A stretch of 32,000 nucleotides of DNA from Nostoc punctiforme PCC 73102 (lineage in GTDB: Bacteria; Cyanobacteriota; Cyanobacteriia; Cyanobacteriales; Nostocaceae). Shown one piece after another: positions 6,846-15,724 of the stretch. Made by a program: the position numbers and the translations under genes. The stretch is from assembly GCF_000020025.1 (NCBI RefSeq), contig NC_010630.1:1-32000 (forward strand), read 5' to 3'. Under the pieces are notes generated by a model that saw only the letters and a program-made list of their open reading frames with translations, was not told the DNA's origin and searched no databases. Position 1 is the first letter of the stretch. Each line of letters starts with the position of its first letter.

Positions 6846-7292
6846 TTGCATTACTCGATACTACAGAAAGTAACTTCCACGCTTTTAAAAGCAAAAGCGC
6901 ATCAAATGATGTCGATGTGTTTCTGGAGTAATAGCCATTATTGGAGTAGCTGCCCATCTCCAAGAAAAAAATCTTCTCCTGTAGTGATTCGGGTAGCTTA
7001 TTTTAAAAAAGTCAATTGGGTGGGGTTTAACTTTTGTAAATACCATGCAGAGGCGGTGAAAATATTCAGAACCCTACCAGCCAATGACAGATTTTTTTAT
7101 GAGATTAAGTTGAACTGTTATGCTGCATTCAACGTGTGGTGTATTGATGGTAAGCACTTTGAAAAACTAATAAGCGAACTTAACAATTATGTGGATATAG
7201 GGCTTGAATTTATAATTAGCACTCCCGATCAAGTCCCCGAACTGTTTCAAGCACTAAACCTGACATTCTATGAAAGGAGTGTTCAGTGTTAA
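6846..7292 (+). CDS. Hypothetical small protein upstream of, and coupled to, the relaxase; possible relaxosome accessory factor; start uncertain
   Basis: Its stop overlaps the relaxase GTG start (GTGTTAA). The C-terminal roughly 100 aa look protein-like (VVIRVAYFKKVNWVGFNF...DQVPELFQALNLTFYE). The N-terminal third is rich in C, W, H and S, so the real start may be ATG 6906 or GTG about 6984. Confidence 0.4.
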   Translation: MHYSILQKVTSTLLKAKAHQMMSMCFWSNSHYWSSCPSPRKKSSPVVIRVAYFKKVNWVGFNFCKYHAEAVKIFRTLPANDRFFYEIKLNCYAAFNVWCIDGKHFEKLISELNNYVDIGLEFIISTPDQVPELFQALNLTFYERSVQC

Positions 7293-10200
7293 CAGGCAAA
7301 AACTCAGAACCACAGCAAGCAGTACATTACTTCATGGAAGGATATTACCAGGAGGGTACTTCACGCTGGTCTGGGAAAGGTGCGAAAAAATTGGGACTAG
7401 CAGGAGCAGTAGATTGCCAAGAAACTTTTTCTAACATCGTCAATGGGCGATCTCCTGACGGCAGCCAAAACCTGTGTGCTAGAAAGTTAGACTCATCGCA
7501 ACGTCGAGCGGCTACTGACTTTACATTTTCTGCACCGAAAAGTGTCAGCTTGCAAGCGTTAGTAAATGGGGATGAAAGGCTGATTACTGCTCATCAGTTA
7601 GCCGTACAAAAGACTTTAGAACTGATTGAAGAACGTTATAGTTACACCAGAGCCACAACCCAAAATGGGCAGCAACTGATCCGGACTAACAACTTAGTAG
7701 TCGCGGAGTTTGACCATATTGAAACCAGGGAACTAGACCCGCATCTACATACTCATGCCCTGGTCATGAATATGACACAGCTAGACAATGGTAAATGGTA
7801 CAGTCTTTTAAATGATGAGATTTTTAAAAACAAGAAATTTCTGGGTATGGTGTACCAAAACTACCTAGCAGTGGAGGTACAAAAATTAGGGTATGAGGTG
7901 GAAGCTAGGAATCATGGGCAGTTTGAAATCAAAGGATTTCGAGAAGAGGATTTAAAGGAGTTTTCTAAACGAAGGCAACAGATATTAAATTCAGCAGGGG
8001 AAAATGCAACCTGGACAGAGCGTGAAGCGGCTTGGACTGCTACCCGCAACCTAAAGCAGAAAATTAACCCTATTGAGTTAAAAGCCAAGTGGAGAGAAGA
8101 AGCGGCAGCATTGGGGATCAAGTTTGTACAGCCTCTTGAGGCACAGCCGGAACTAAAACCCCGGTTAGTGAGCTATGAAAATTTAGAAGATGCGATCGCT
8201 CACTGTTCGGAAAGAAATGTCGCTTTCACCCAGGAAGATTTAGAAAAATTCATCTTAAACCAAGGGCTTGCGACGGAAGTTAGTCAAATTGAACCGCTAG
8301 TTAAAGCTAACCCGGAATTACTCAGCCTGTCTCAAGAAAACCGCGACTTTACCACCCTGGCAGCAGTTAACCGAGAACTGGCAACCATTAAATTGATGCA
8401 GTCTGGGACGGGTAAAGTTAGCCCACTTGCTCACCCAGAAGTAGTTGAAAGCCACCTGGAGAAAACAGCTTTAAACCCAGATCAACGTCGAGCGGTACTG
8501 ACAGCAGCAACCACAACAGACCAATTTATGGCATGGCAGGGGGTAGCTGGTGCTGGTAAAACTTTCGCCCTCAAGGAATTAAAAGCGATCGCTGCCGCCT
8601 CTGGCTACACCATCAAAGGCTTTGCTCCTAGTTCAATGGCTGCTAAAGTCCTGGGCCAAGAGTTGGATATTCAAGCTGAGACTGTTGCTAGATTATTGGT
8701 CTCTGAACCACCCCAAGAGATTGAACCTAATCAAATTTGGATTGTGGACGAAGCAGGGTTACTCAGTGCTAAAGATGCTCTTGCTCTTTTAGAAAGCGCA
8801 ACCCAAGAACAAGCTAGGGTGCTGTTAGTGGGAGACACAAAACAGTTGTCAGCTGTAGAGGCTGGCAATCCCTTCAAGTCTCTACAACAGGCAGGAATTA
8901 AAACCAGTCATCTCAACGAATCTTTGAGGCAACGTGCGCCAAAACTGAAGCTGGCAGTAGACTTGATTGCTTCTGGTCGTATTGAGGAGGGGTTTTCACG
9001 CCTCGATGAAAACGGTTGTATCCAGAGTGTAAGAGCAGAATCTAAAATTGAGGCGATCGCCTGCGACTATGTAACAGCCACCCCAGAACAACGAGCGCGA
9101 ACCCTGGTACTGGCTGGAACAAATTTTGAGCGTTTGGCAATCACTCAAGCCATTCGGGGGCATTTAAAGGCTGAGGGTAGTTTAGGAACTGCGACCACTA
9201 TCACCCAACTGCAAGCCAAAGACTTAACTTCAGTACAAATGCGCTACACCCATAACTTTGAACTGGGTGATATGGTCATGCCCACCCGCAATTACAAGCG
9301 CCGGGGGCTGTCCAAAGGCAAGCTTTATGAAGTGGTGGATAAGGACAGTGACCAACTAACACTCAAAGCTAGTGATGGTAAGCATTTTCAAGTAGACACG
9401 GGATTTAAAAAAGCGGTTTACCAACGTCAACAGATTGAACTTGCCGAGGGCGATCGCCTACGCTGGACGAAAAACGACCGACAATTAGGACGGCGCAATG
9501 GTCAAGAGTTTGTAGTTAAAGCCATTGCAGGTTACAACGCGCAAATCCAGTATTTAGAAAGTGGTCAAACTGAATTTATTAACCTGCAACAAGCACAACA
9601 CCTAGATTATGCGATCGTCAGCACTACATATAGTAGTCAGGGTAAGACGGCTGACCAAGTATTGATTGCTGCTGACAACACCATTGGACAAGAAAGCTTT
9701 TATGTTGCAGTTAGCCGTGCTAGGTATGAATTGAAACTGTACACGGAAGATAAAGACAATTTACTAGCCCTGGCACAGTCGAGTAGGGCTAAAGAAAATG
9801 CACTGGTGCTACTGCGGCAGAAAGAGTTAGAGAAGCAGCACCAATCAAAACTAGAGAAAGAAATGGTTGTAACTGCTCCGATTGTAGCTAAAACACCCAC
9901 TAAGGAGGCGGAGGAGCAGAGGAGCGGGGGAGCGGAGGAGCAATCTAACAGTAAGCTCTCCCCTCTGCACCCCTATACCCCTGCACCTGTAACCAGTTCT
10001 TCCCCTCTGCCTCTCGTTTTTAAAACTCTACCGCCGGAAGCACTGAAAACTGTTGTTCCTACTCCTAAACCATTTATTAGAAAACCAGTTCCAAAAACAG
10101 CACAAAGCGAGGTAGCATTTTGGACTCCTGGTAATATTGGTGAAGCCCCAGAAAAACTTGATTCTAAACATTGGCAAGAATTAATACAAGGTAGTGGCAT

Positions 10201-11704
10201 CCACCCCGAAATTGCCAGCCTTAATTTCACTAGCCTGCATCAAACTCTTGATTGGGAGCATGAAGCTTGGGAATACCTGATGTACAGTGATAAACTGCCA
10301 CGCACTAACACAGGTAGGCTATCTTCAGGGATCATGAGTAAATATGCTCATATTGAATCAGGCGGCTGGTGGTGTGATGCTGGTGTTAATCCCAAGTGCT
10401 TCGCCAATCTCCAATCAGGGGATAAACCTGATAGAAAGATATGGGGATGCTACAAACCCAATAACCCCAGAGAAAAAGCTGATAAACCCGGCAAATTCAT
10501 CAAATATGAACATCCACCACAAACTGAACTCAGTATTTTCTTGCTCGATGTACCTGATGATATTGCTGGGCGGATCTATGAAAAAGCTGGGGTAAAACCA
10601 ACCGATTGCGATCGCCAAAGTGGATTTTGGTATTGCATTTGGAAACATAACCTGCCAGTCACGATTACTGAGGGAGCAAAGAAAGCAGCCAGTTTGTTAA
10701 GCCAGGGTCATGCAGCGATCGGGCTACCGGGAATCTATGCTGGTTATCGCAGTAAAGATGAGTTTGGGGAGCAGACCAAAGCTCGGCTGATGGATGAATT
10801 AGCTGTTTTCGCCACTCCAGAACGGCAGATAACTTTCTGCTTTGATTACGAGACACGCTTGGACACTCAGCGAAATATAGAAATTGCTATCTCACGCACT
10901 GGTAGATTACTGGAGGAAAGCGGAGCATCTGTCAGTGTGGTGACATTGCCTGGGCCAGATAAAGGCGTTGATGATCTGATTGTGGCTCAGGGGCCACTAG
11001 CATACGAAAAGGCGTTTTACGAAGCATCAACCCTCAAAGCATGGCGGGATAACAATAATAAACAACGACACTCACCGCCAGCACCACCTAAAAAGTTGAG
11101 TGATATTGAGCGCAAACAACGGCTTCAACAACGTTTTTCTGGTCAAATCTCTCAATTGGCATTTAAGAAGGCGATCAATGCACTGACTGACCGAGAACTA
11201 TTGTACTTAGAACAAGCGGTCAAGGAATATTTTGCCCAGCCAGTTGCTCAAGTACCAGCACCTGTTGATAAACAGGCTATTGAAAACGAAATTACTCAGC
11301 TTAGGCCACAAATTGATAGTTTGTGGTTAGAACACGCTATCCAAGAGAAAACTATCAGAGCAATGGAGCATTTTCCGCTTCATAAGTTGAGTAATAAGTA
11401 TAACTTTACACTAAAGCAGCAATTACAAACTATTGGAACTATCAAAGAATTAGTCACGTATCAGCAGCAGCTTCAGTCCAAACTTCAGGAATACGAAGCC
11501 CAGGTAGAAAATCATCACTCCTGGAAGAACCAACAGCAGACTATTGAAATGAAGACTATGGCTGAAATACTAAACTCTCCTCAATTACAGTCACGACTAA
11601 CGAGTATTTTGGATGAGATAGAACTTAAACAACAGCAAAGTCAAGCTAAGTTATCTATTTCTCAGCAGCCATCACCACAACCGCGTCGAGGTTTGAGAAG
11701 GTGA
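7286..11704 (+). CDS. Multidomain conjugative relaxase: MOBF (TrwC/TraI-type) relaxase, RecD/TraA-type helicase, P/S/T-rich linker, DUF3854/Toprim-like module, Q-rich coiled coil
   Basis: The GTG start has AAGGAG 7 nt upstream. The N-terminus HYFMEGYYQEG carries the catalytic Tyr pair. The His triad is FDHIETRELDPHLHTHALVMN. Helicase motifs are GVAGAGKTFALKEL, IWIVDEAGLLS, LLVGDTKQLSAVEAGNPF, TTYSSQGKTADQVLI and YVAVSRARYELKLYT. The Toprim-like acidic motifs are VTITEGAKKAA and DKGVDDLIV. Confidence 0.9.
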   Translation: MLTGKNSEPQQAVHYFMEGYYQEGTSRWSGKGAKKLGLAGAVDCQETFSNIVNGRSPDGSQNLCARKLDSSQRRAATDFTFSAPKSVSLQALVNGDERLITAHQLAVQKTLELIEERYSYTRATTQNGQQLIRTNNLVVAEFDHIETRELDPHLHTHALVMNMTQLDNGKWYSLLNDEIFKNKKFLGMVYQNYLAVEVQKLGYEVEARNHGQFEIKGFREEDLKEFSKRRQQILNSAGENATWTEREAAWTATRNLKQKINPIELKAKWREEAAALGIKFVQPLEAQPELKPRLVSYENLEDAIAHCSERNVAFTQEDLEKFILNQGLATEVSQIEPLVKANPELLSLSQENRDFTTLAAVNRELATIKLMQSGTGKVSPLAHPEVVESHLEKTALNPDQRRAVLTAATTTDQFMAWQGVAGAGKTFALKELKAIAAASGYTIKGFAPSSMAAKVLGQELDIQAETVARLLVSEPPQEIEPNQIWIVDEAGLLSAKDALALLESATQEQARVLLVGDTKQLSAVEAGNPFKSLQQAGIKTSHLNESLRQRAPKLKLAVDLIASGRIEEGFSRLDENGCIQSVRAESKIEAIACDYVTATPEQRARTLVLAGTNFERLAITQAIRGHLKAEGSLGTATTITQLQAKDLTSVQMRYTHNFELGDMVMPTRNYKRRGLSKGKLYEVVDKDSDQLTLKASDGKHFQVDTGFKKAVYQRQQIELAEGDRLRWTKNDRQLGRRNGQEFVVKAIAGYNAQIQYLESGQTEFINLQQAQHLDYAIVSTTYSSQGKTADQVLIAADNTIGQESFYVAVSRARYELKLYTEDKDNLLALAQSSRAKENALVLLRQKELEKQHQSKLEKEMVVTAPIVAKTPTKEAEEQRSGGAEEQSNSKLSPLHPYTPAPVTSSSPLPLVFKTLPPEALKTVVPTPKPFIRKPVPKTAQSEVAFWTPGNIGEAPEKLDSKHWQELIQGSGIHPEIASLNFTSLHQTLDWEHEAWEYLMYSDKLPRTNTGRLSSGIMSKYAHIESGGWWCDAGVNPKCFANLQSGDKPDRKIWGCYKPNNPREKADKPGKFIKYEHPPQTELSIFLLDVPDDIAGRIYEKAGVKPTDCDRQSGFWYCIWKHNLPVTITEGAKKAASLLSQGHAAIGLPGIYAGYRSKDEFGEQTKARLMDELAVFATPERQITFCFDYETRLDTQRNIEIAISRTGRLLEESGASVSVVTLPGPDKGVDDLIVAQGPLAYEKAFYEASTLKAWRDNNNKQRHSPPAPPKKLSDIERKQRLQQRFSGQISQLAFKKAINALTDRELLYLEQAVKEYFAQPVAQVPAPVDKQAIENEITQLRPQIDSLWLEHAIQEKTIRAMEHFPLHKLSNKYNFTLKQQLQTIGTIKELVTYQQQLQSKLQEYEAQVENHHSWKNQQQTIEMKTMAEILNSPQLQSRLTSILDEIELKQQQSQAKLSISQQPSPQPRRGLRR

Positions 11705-11858
11705 ATTATGTGCAACCTGAGTTACCCTTAAATCAATGGGGACAAATGATCGTGAAACTAATCAAACACAGGCGGTTAAACTATATCGAAAAGCATTGCT
11801 TTCATCAAAATGGTTAACCGTTTACTGATACAACAAGGAATTGACCCAAATTTACTAT

Positions 11859-11901
11859 GAACTACCCCTGGCTCAAACTTTTGCACAGCCAGAGGTAGTT
11901 C
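11859..11901. terminator. Bidirectional hairpin between the convergent relaxase and T4SS operons
   Basis: gaactacccctggct pairs with agccagaggtagttc (14 of 15 bp) around a 13-nt loop. It lies between the stop codons at 11704 (+) and 11943 (-). Confidence 0.55.
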
Positions 11902-11942
11902 ATTATCTGAGTTTTATACCTGCACAAGTCAGATAAAACCTA

Positions 11943-13316
11943 TTACCTTCTCAATTTTGTTGACTGTGATTGGGTGTTAGTGTGCTTTAAATAATCAGAA
12001 ACTACCTCTCCCACTTCTTCTAAAGATTCAACATCATTCTCTGTAGCATTAGCAGTCAAATCACCGTCAACCATCACAGCCCGACCATCTTTAGCTGTAA
12101 CAGTAATACTATCCCCATTTTGGTAAAAGTTGTAATTCTTACTCTCATAACTGCGTGAACCATCAGAATGCTGATCACCAAAAAGACGCAGCATGGAATC
12201 TACACCCTTGGCAAGAGCCTTGCCTTTAATATCCATCACGCTGTTAGTAACTTTTTCGATATTCTGCTTCACAGTATGATTAGTTGCTGAGTGAATATCA
12301 CCAACAGCTTGAGTTATCTGTTTATGGACTGTATTAACTTCCTCTGAAATCTTATTATGAATAGCACCCATAGCAGCTTGATGACGCTCCATGCCATGCT
12401 GAATCTCATCACTGACTAACTGCTTGACTTCACCAATACCATCGTTAACTACACCCAACTGTGATTCAAATTCATTTTTAACAGCTGCAACTTGTGACTT
12501 CATCTCAGTTTTAAGAGACTCCATCTGTTGATTCATCTGCTCTTTTAAGGTGGTAATTTGAGTCTCTAATTGGGCTTTGACTTTATCAACTTTGGGAGTG
12601 AGGGCAGTTTTTACCTGTTCATAGAGATTTTTGGCAGTGTTCTTAGCCTTAGTCTCAATCGAGTTTATCCAATCATGCAAGGTTGCATTCTTGACCGCAG
12701 GGTTATTTTGATTATTTATAGCTTCCAGTCCCTTCTGCAATTGCTCAATAGTTTTTTGTTGAGCATCAAAAGCTTGTTTCAGACTAATCAAATCAGTCGA
12801 TAACTGTTTGGTAACTTCAACGTTTGATTGCTTTTGATTGGCAAAATGATCAATCAAACTTTGCTGGTCTTGAAGCTTTTGCTGTAAAGCCTCTACCTGC
12901 TTTTGTAAATCCTCAATGGTGGAAGATTGTTGTACTGGTTTGGCTGGTTGTTGAGACTGGGATTGATTCTGGCTAATCTGGCTACTTAAACCCAGTTTAT
13001 CACTTAAAACCTCTCCATCCTTAACATGATAGACCTTATCCTTACCAATCATGATGCGGACAGAACCTTTCAAGTTTTGCGGGTCATTGATAGCCGTCTT
13101 GATTTTATCTACCAGTTCTGGAGTCATCAAATTTACGGAGACTTCGCCATCAGGATGACCTTTATACTTGGGTTGGTTGCCAACGTAAATTGATAAGTCT
13201 TTAGTAGTGTCTAACTCTTGAAACTTGCCCTTCTCTAACAGCTTATGCAGAATGTCGTTGAGGATTTCTAAATAATCATGTTGCACAACTTTCGCCTCCG
13301 ATTTTATTTCATCCAT
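11943..13316 (-). CDS. Hypothetical 457-aa protein: two small beta-rich end domains flanking a roughly 250-aa Q/K/E-rich helical repeat region
   Basis: It is the last gene of the T4SS operon, with an 8-nt overlap (ATGGATGA) with the upstream ORF. The central region (VKTALTPKVDKVKAQLETQITTLKEQMNQQMESLKTEMKSQVAAVKNEFESQL) is apolipoprotein- or coiled-coil-like. I recognise no family. Confidence 0.6.
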   Translation of the reverse strand: MDEIKSEAKVVQHDYLEILNDILHKLLEKGKFQELDTTKDLSIYVGNQPKYKGHPDGEVSVNLMTPELVDKIKTAINDPQNLKGSVRIMIGKDKVYHVKDGEVLSDKLGLSSQISQNQSQSQQPAKPVQQSSTIEDLQKQVEALQQKLQDQQSLIDHFANQKQSNVEVTKQLSTDLISLKQAFDAQQKTIEQLQKGLEAINNQNNPAVKNATLHDWINSIETKAKNTAKNLYEQVKTALTPKVDKVKAQLETQITTLKEQMNQQMESLKTEMKSQVAAVKNEFESQLGVVNDGIGEVKQLVSDEIQHGMERHQAAMGAIHNKISEEVNTVHKQITQAVGDIHSATNHTVKQNIEKVTNSVMDIKGKALAKGVDSMLRLFGDQHSDGSRSYESKNYNFYQNGDSITVTAKDGRAVMVDGDLTANATENDVESLEEVGEVVSDYLKHTNTQSQSTKLRR

Positions 13317-13731
13317 GATTTGTGACTCCTACTAAGGAATTAATGAGAGTCGATGGACTGACTAAGACATCTGGTAAAACTACACCTCCTAAACGATTAA
13401 GAATTACATCTCCTTCAATTTGGATATAAGCCCATTGGTCATCAATTAGAACTGAAATTGACTTTGTGTTATCAGGTAAGTTGGTCACGTTATAATCTTT
13501 TAGCTCTCCATTTACTATGAAAATATGAGGAGTTTCTGCATCGCCATAGTAAATTTCAATGAATTCTGGGACATGATTTTCAGGGAACGGTGGTTCATCC
13601 CAAAACTCTGCTGCATTGAAGATATCAGTCCGATAAGTGTTAACTAACGAGGCAATATCAAGCGGCAGTTTGCTTAACAATTGCAACTCGTATTCAGATA
13701 AATTAGTCATGTTGCTTTGCTCCAAATTCAA
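13309..13731 (-). CDS. Hypothetical 140-aa protein (alternative ATG start at 13710)
   Basis: It is co-directional with and coupled to the downstream ORF. No motif is recognised. Confidence 0.5.
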   Translation of the reverse strand: MNLEQSNMTNLSEYELQLLSKLPLDIASLVNTYRTDIFNAAEFWDEPPFPENHVPEFIEIYYGDAETPHIFIVNGELKDYNVTNLPDNTKSISVLIDDQWAYIQIEGDVILNRLGGVVLPDVLVSPSTLINSLVGVTNHG

Positions 13732-13864
13732 TAATTCAAAAATAAATAATTTTAGGGCTTTGGAACCCTTTCATCGGAGGGAAAATAAATTTTTCTCTTC
13801 TGCCTACACTACGGGAATACTTACACGAACTACCCTCTGCCTTTCTTCGGTCATAAATTACCTC

Positions 13865-15724
13865 CTAAAGATTTTTCAATCTGTTATTTGCCTCTGCTTT
13901 TTTATCAACTAAAGGCAATAACATCTCTGCCTCTAAATGCCGGATTTCTAACTCTTCCCCAGATGGTTCACGCAAAGTAGATTGTGAGATAAACTGTTGC
14001 TGGAGTTCATACCACTTTTCAATACTTTTCGCCTCCAAGTTAATATCAGATTGTGGAATACGAATTTGCTCTAATAGCGGAATACTTACATCTCTACCAG
14101 AGCGAAACCCAGGACTAACAATTACGGCTCTGCCTTCCGGTAAGGTATTAAATTGGTTAACCTCAAATAAATTGCGGGTAATATTTTGCTCAGAAATTGA
14201 GGTACTTGCACCACCTTTACCGCCTGAACTGCGTGAACGCTCTCTGTGCTTGATTTGCTCATCACCTAAGAAGTTACTAAAACGTTCCGCCGCCACATCA
14301 TCTTGGGGATTAAAGAAAGCTTTTGTAGCGCAACCGCCAAATATAGCATTGGTAGTTTCTTTGGAATAAGCCTTCTCAAGCTGTGATAGGTTTTGCAATC
14401 CCAGTAAACAAATTAAGCCATCTTCACGATTTTGGTTGAGCCAATCAACTAAGGCTGGTAGATACAAAGTTGGTAATTCATCCAGTGCCAAAACTAATGG
14501 TTCTGTGCGTTTGCCAGCCAAATTACGAGAACATAAAAGGTGCAAAATAGAAACTAACAAAGGAGCAATTACATCTCGTTTCTCCTTGTCCATACCGAAA
14601 ACCACCATCTTCCTCCCCTTCAAATCCAAAGGGATATTTGTTTGACCACAGAAGCCAGAAAGGGTGGATGGGGTCATAAAGCGAGTAAATAATCCGCTTG
14701 TTGTACCGACAATACTAGCGGCGGTTTCTGGAGAACCAGCTACAGATAGGAATTGGTCAAAGGCAACTTTTACCCAAGGATTTAAAGAAGCTTGTTGAAT
14801 GCGGTCAATTAATTTAGGCAAACTGAGAATGGCATGGCACATCATAATGTCAGGAAAACAAGTACCCCGCGCCAGCATAAAGATTGCTTGTGCCAGCTGA
14901 TCCCCTGCATTAGCAAAAAATCCACTATCTAAAGCATCACCACTTGTCAACTTAAAATTACGATTGAGGACGATCGCTAACTGACGCGCCATCTCTGCAT
15001 CACTTTCACTCCGCAAAAAATCTAGGGGATTAGCTACGCAGGATTCAGGAAAACCAGGGGAGAGGATAGAAACCTCATACCCACGCATAGCGGCGTATCC
15101 TGCTAGTTTGGGTGCTTGCCCTTTAGCGTCAGCTGTAGCCGATTCTTGGTGACTATATTTAAAATCGTAAAGGATAATTGGTAGTCCCTGATCGATAGCG
15201 GAACGTACCATAGGGTTAATCATGGAGAAGGTTTTACCAGAACCAGCCCCGCCACAAACTAAAATTCCACGTTGTACATCTGGCAGATAGAGCCTGCTTT
15301 TATCTTCTGGAATATTGATAATGCGTTTGTTGTCAACAACCTGAAAAGTAGTACCTTTAGGTGTACCAATGTATAAAGCTACCCTGTTATGTTTGCGTTC
15401 AATAAGTTGTTTGCAGGCCAGCTTACGAGCTGCTGTTTTCTCCCTACCTCCTGCCCATCGCGCCCGTGCTAGTTTGTTTGTTGCCCCTCGCCCCTCCATT
15501 GCTTTCGCTAACATTAATGCGCCCACACTTACAAGTAATCCCAAACCCATTGGGGAAAAAAAGGCATCCTTAAAATTCTCAGGAACAAGGTTATAAGCTG
15601 AGGGGGCAGGGGTCGCTGGGGAGGAAAAAGAACTATTTCTCAATGAATCTTTCTCCCCCTGCTGCACACCTCCCCCTGCTCTCTTTACTTGTTGGGTAGT
15701 TTTGGATATTTCAGCCATTTTCAC
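13865..15724 (-). CDS. virD4: Type IV coupling protein (VirD4/TraG/TraD family)
   Basis: An N-terminal TM helix (MGLGLLVSVGALMLAKAM), Walker A VCGGAGSGKTFSMINP and Walker B LVLALDELPTL are present. It is 619 aa and lies in the T4SS operon. Its start overlaps the stop of the upstream gene by 4 nt. Confidence 0.85.
   Translation of the reverse strand: MKMAEISKTTQQVKRAGGGVQQGEKDSLRNSSFSSPATPAPSAYNLVPENFKDAFFSPMGLGLLVSVGALMLAKAMEGRGATNKLARARWAGGREKTAARKLACKQLIERKHNRVALYIGTPKGTTFQVVDNKRIINIPEDKSRLYLPDVQRGILVCGGAGSGKTFSMINPMVRSAIDQGLPIILYDFKYSHQESATADAKGQAPKLAGYAAMRGYEVSILSPGFPESCVANPLDFLRSESDAEMARQLAIVLNRNFKLTSGDALDSGFFANAGDQLAQAIFMLARGTCFPDIMMCHAILSLPKLIDRIQQASLNPWVKVAFDQFLSVAGSPETAASIVGTTSGLFTRFMTPSTLSGFCGQTNIPLDLKGRKMVVFGMDKEKRDVIAPLLVSILHLLCSRNLAGKRTEPLVLALDELPTLYLPALVDWLNQNREDGLICLLGLQNLSQLEKAYSKETTNAIFGGCATKAFFNPQDDVAAERFSNFLGDEQIKHRERSRSSGGKGGASTSISEQNITRNLFEVNQFNTLPEGRAVIVSPGFRSGRDVSIPLLEQIRIPQSDINLEAKSIEKWYELQQQFISQSTLREPSGEELEIRHLEAEMLLPLVDKKAEANNRLKNL

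Noticed and set aside
7134-7146. gtgtggtgtattg as a MOBF nic site
   Set aside because: The resemblance to the F and R388 nic cores is loose. No flanking inverted repeat is present and it lies inside an ORF. It is kept only as a low-priority candidate in the oriT finding.
9901-9947. GGAGGAGC-rich near-tandem repeat (gcggaggagca...gcggaggagca)
   Set aside because: It lies in frame within the relaxase linker and encodes EAEEQRSGGAEEQ. It is low-complexity coding sequence, not a separate element or SD cluster.
7912-10856. Antisense or out-of-frame ORFs inside the relaxase gene: 7912-8121, 9700-9900, 9973-10230, 10344-10595, 10415-10648, 10665-10856
   Set aside because: They lie within a 1472-aa ORF whose motifs are unambiguous. 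They are typical shadow ORFs.
13732-13864. 133-nt gap inside the T4SS operon as an internal promoter or terminator
   Set aside because: It contains only a 4-bp stem (aggg...ccct) and no convincing -35/-10 or terminator. The evidence is insufficient.
12570-15596. + strand ORFs 12570-12803, 13637-13912, 14172-14369, 14436-14645 and 15369-15596
   Set aside because: They are antisense to the T4SS operon genes and have low-complexity translations.
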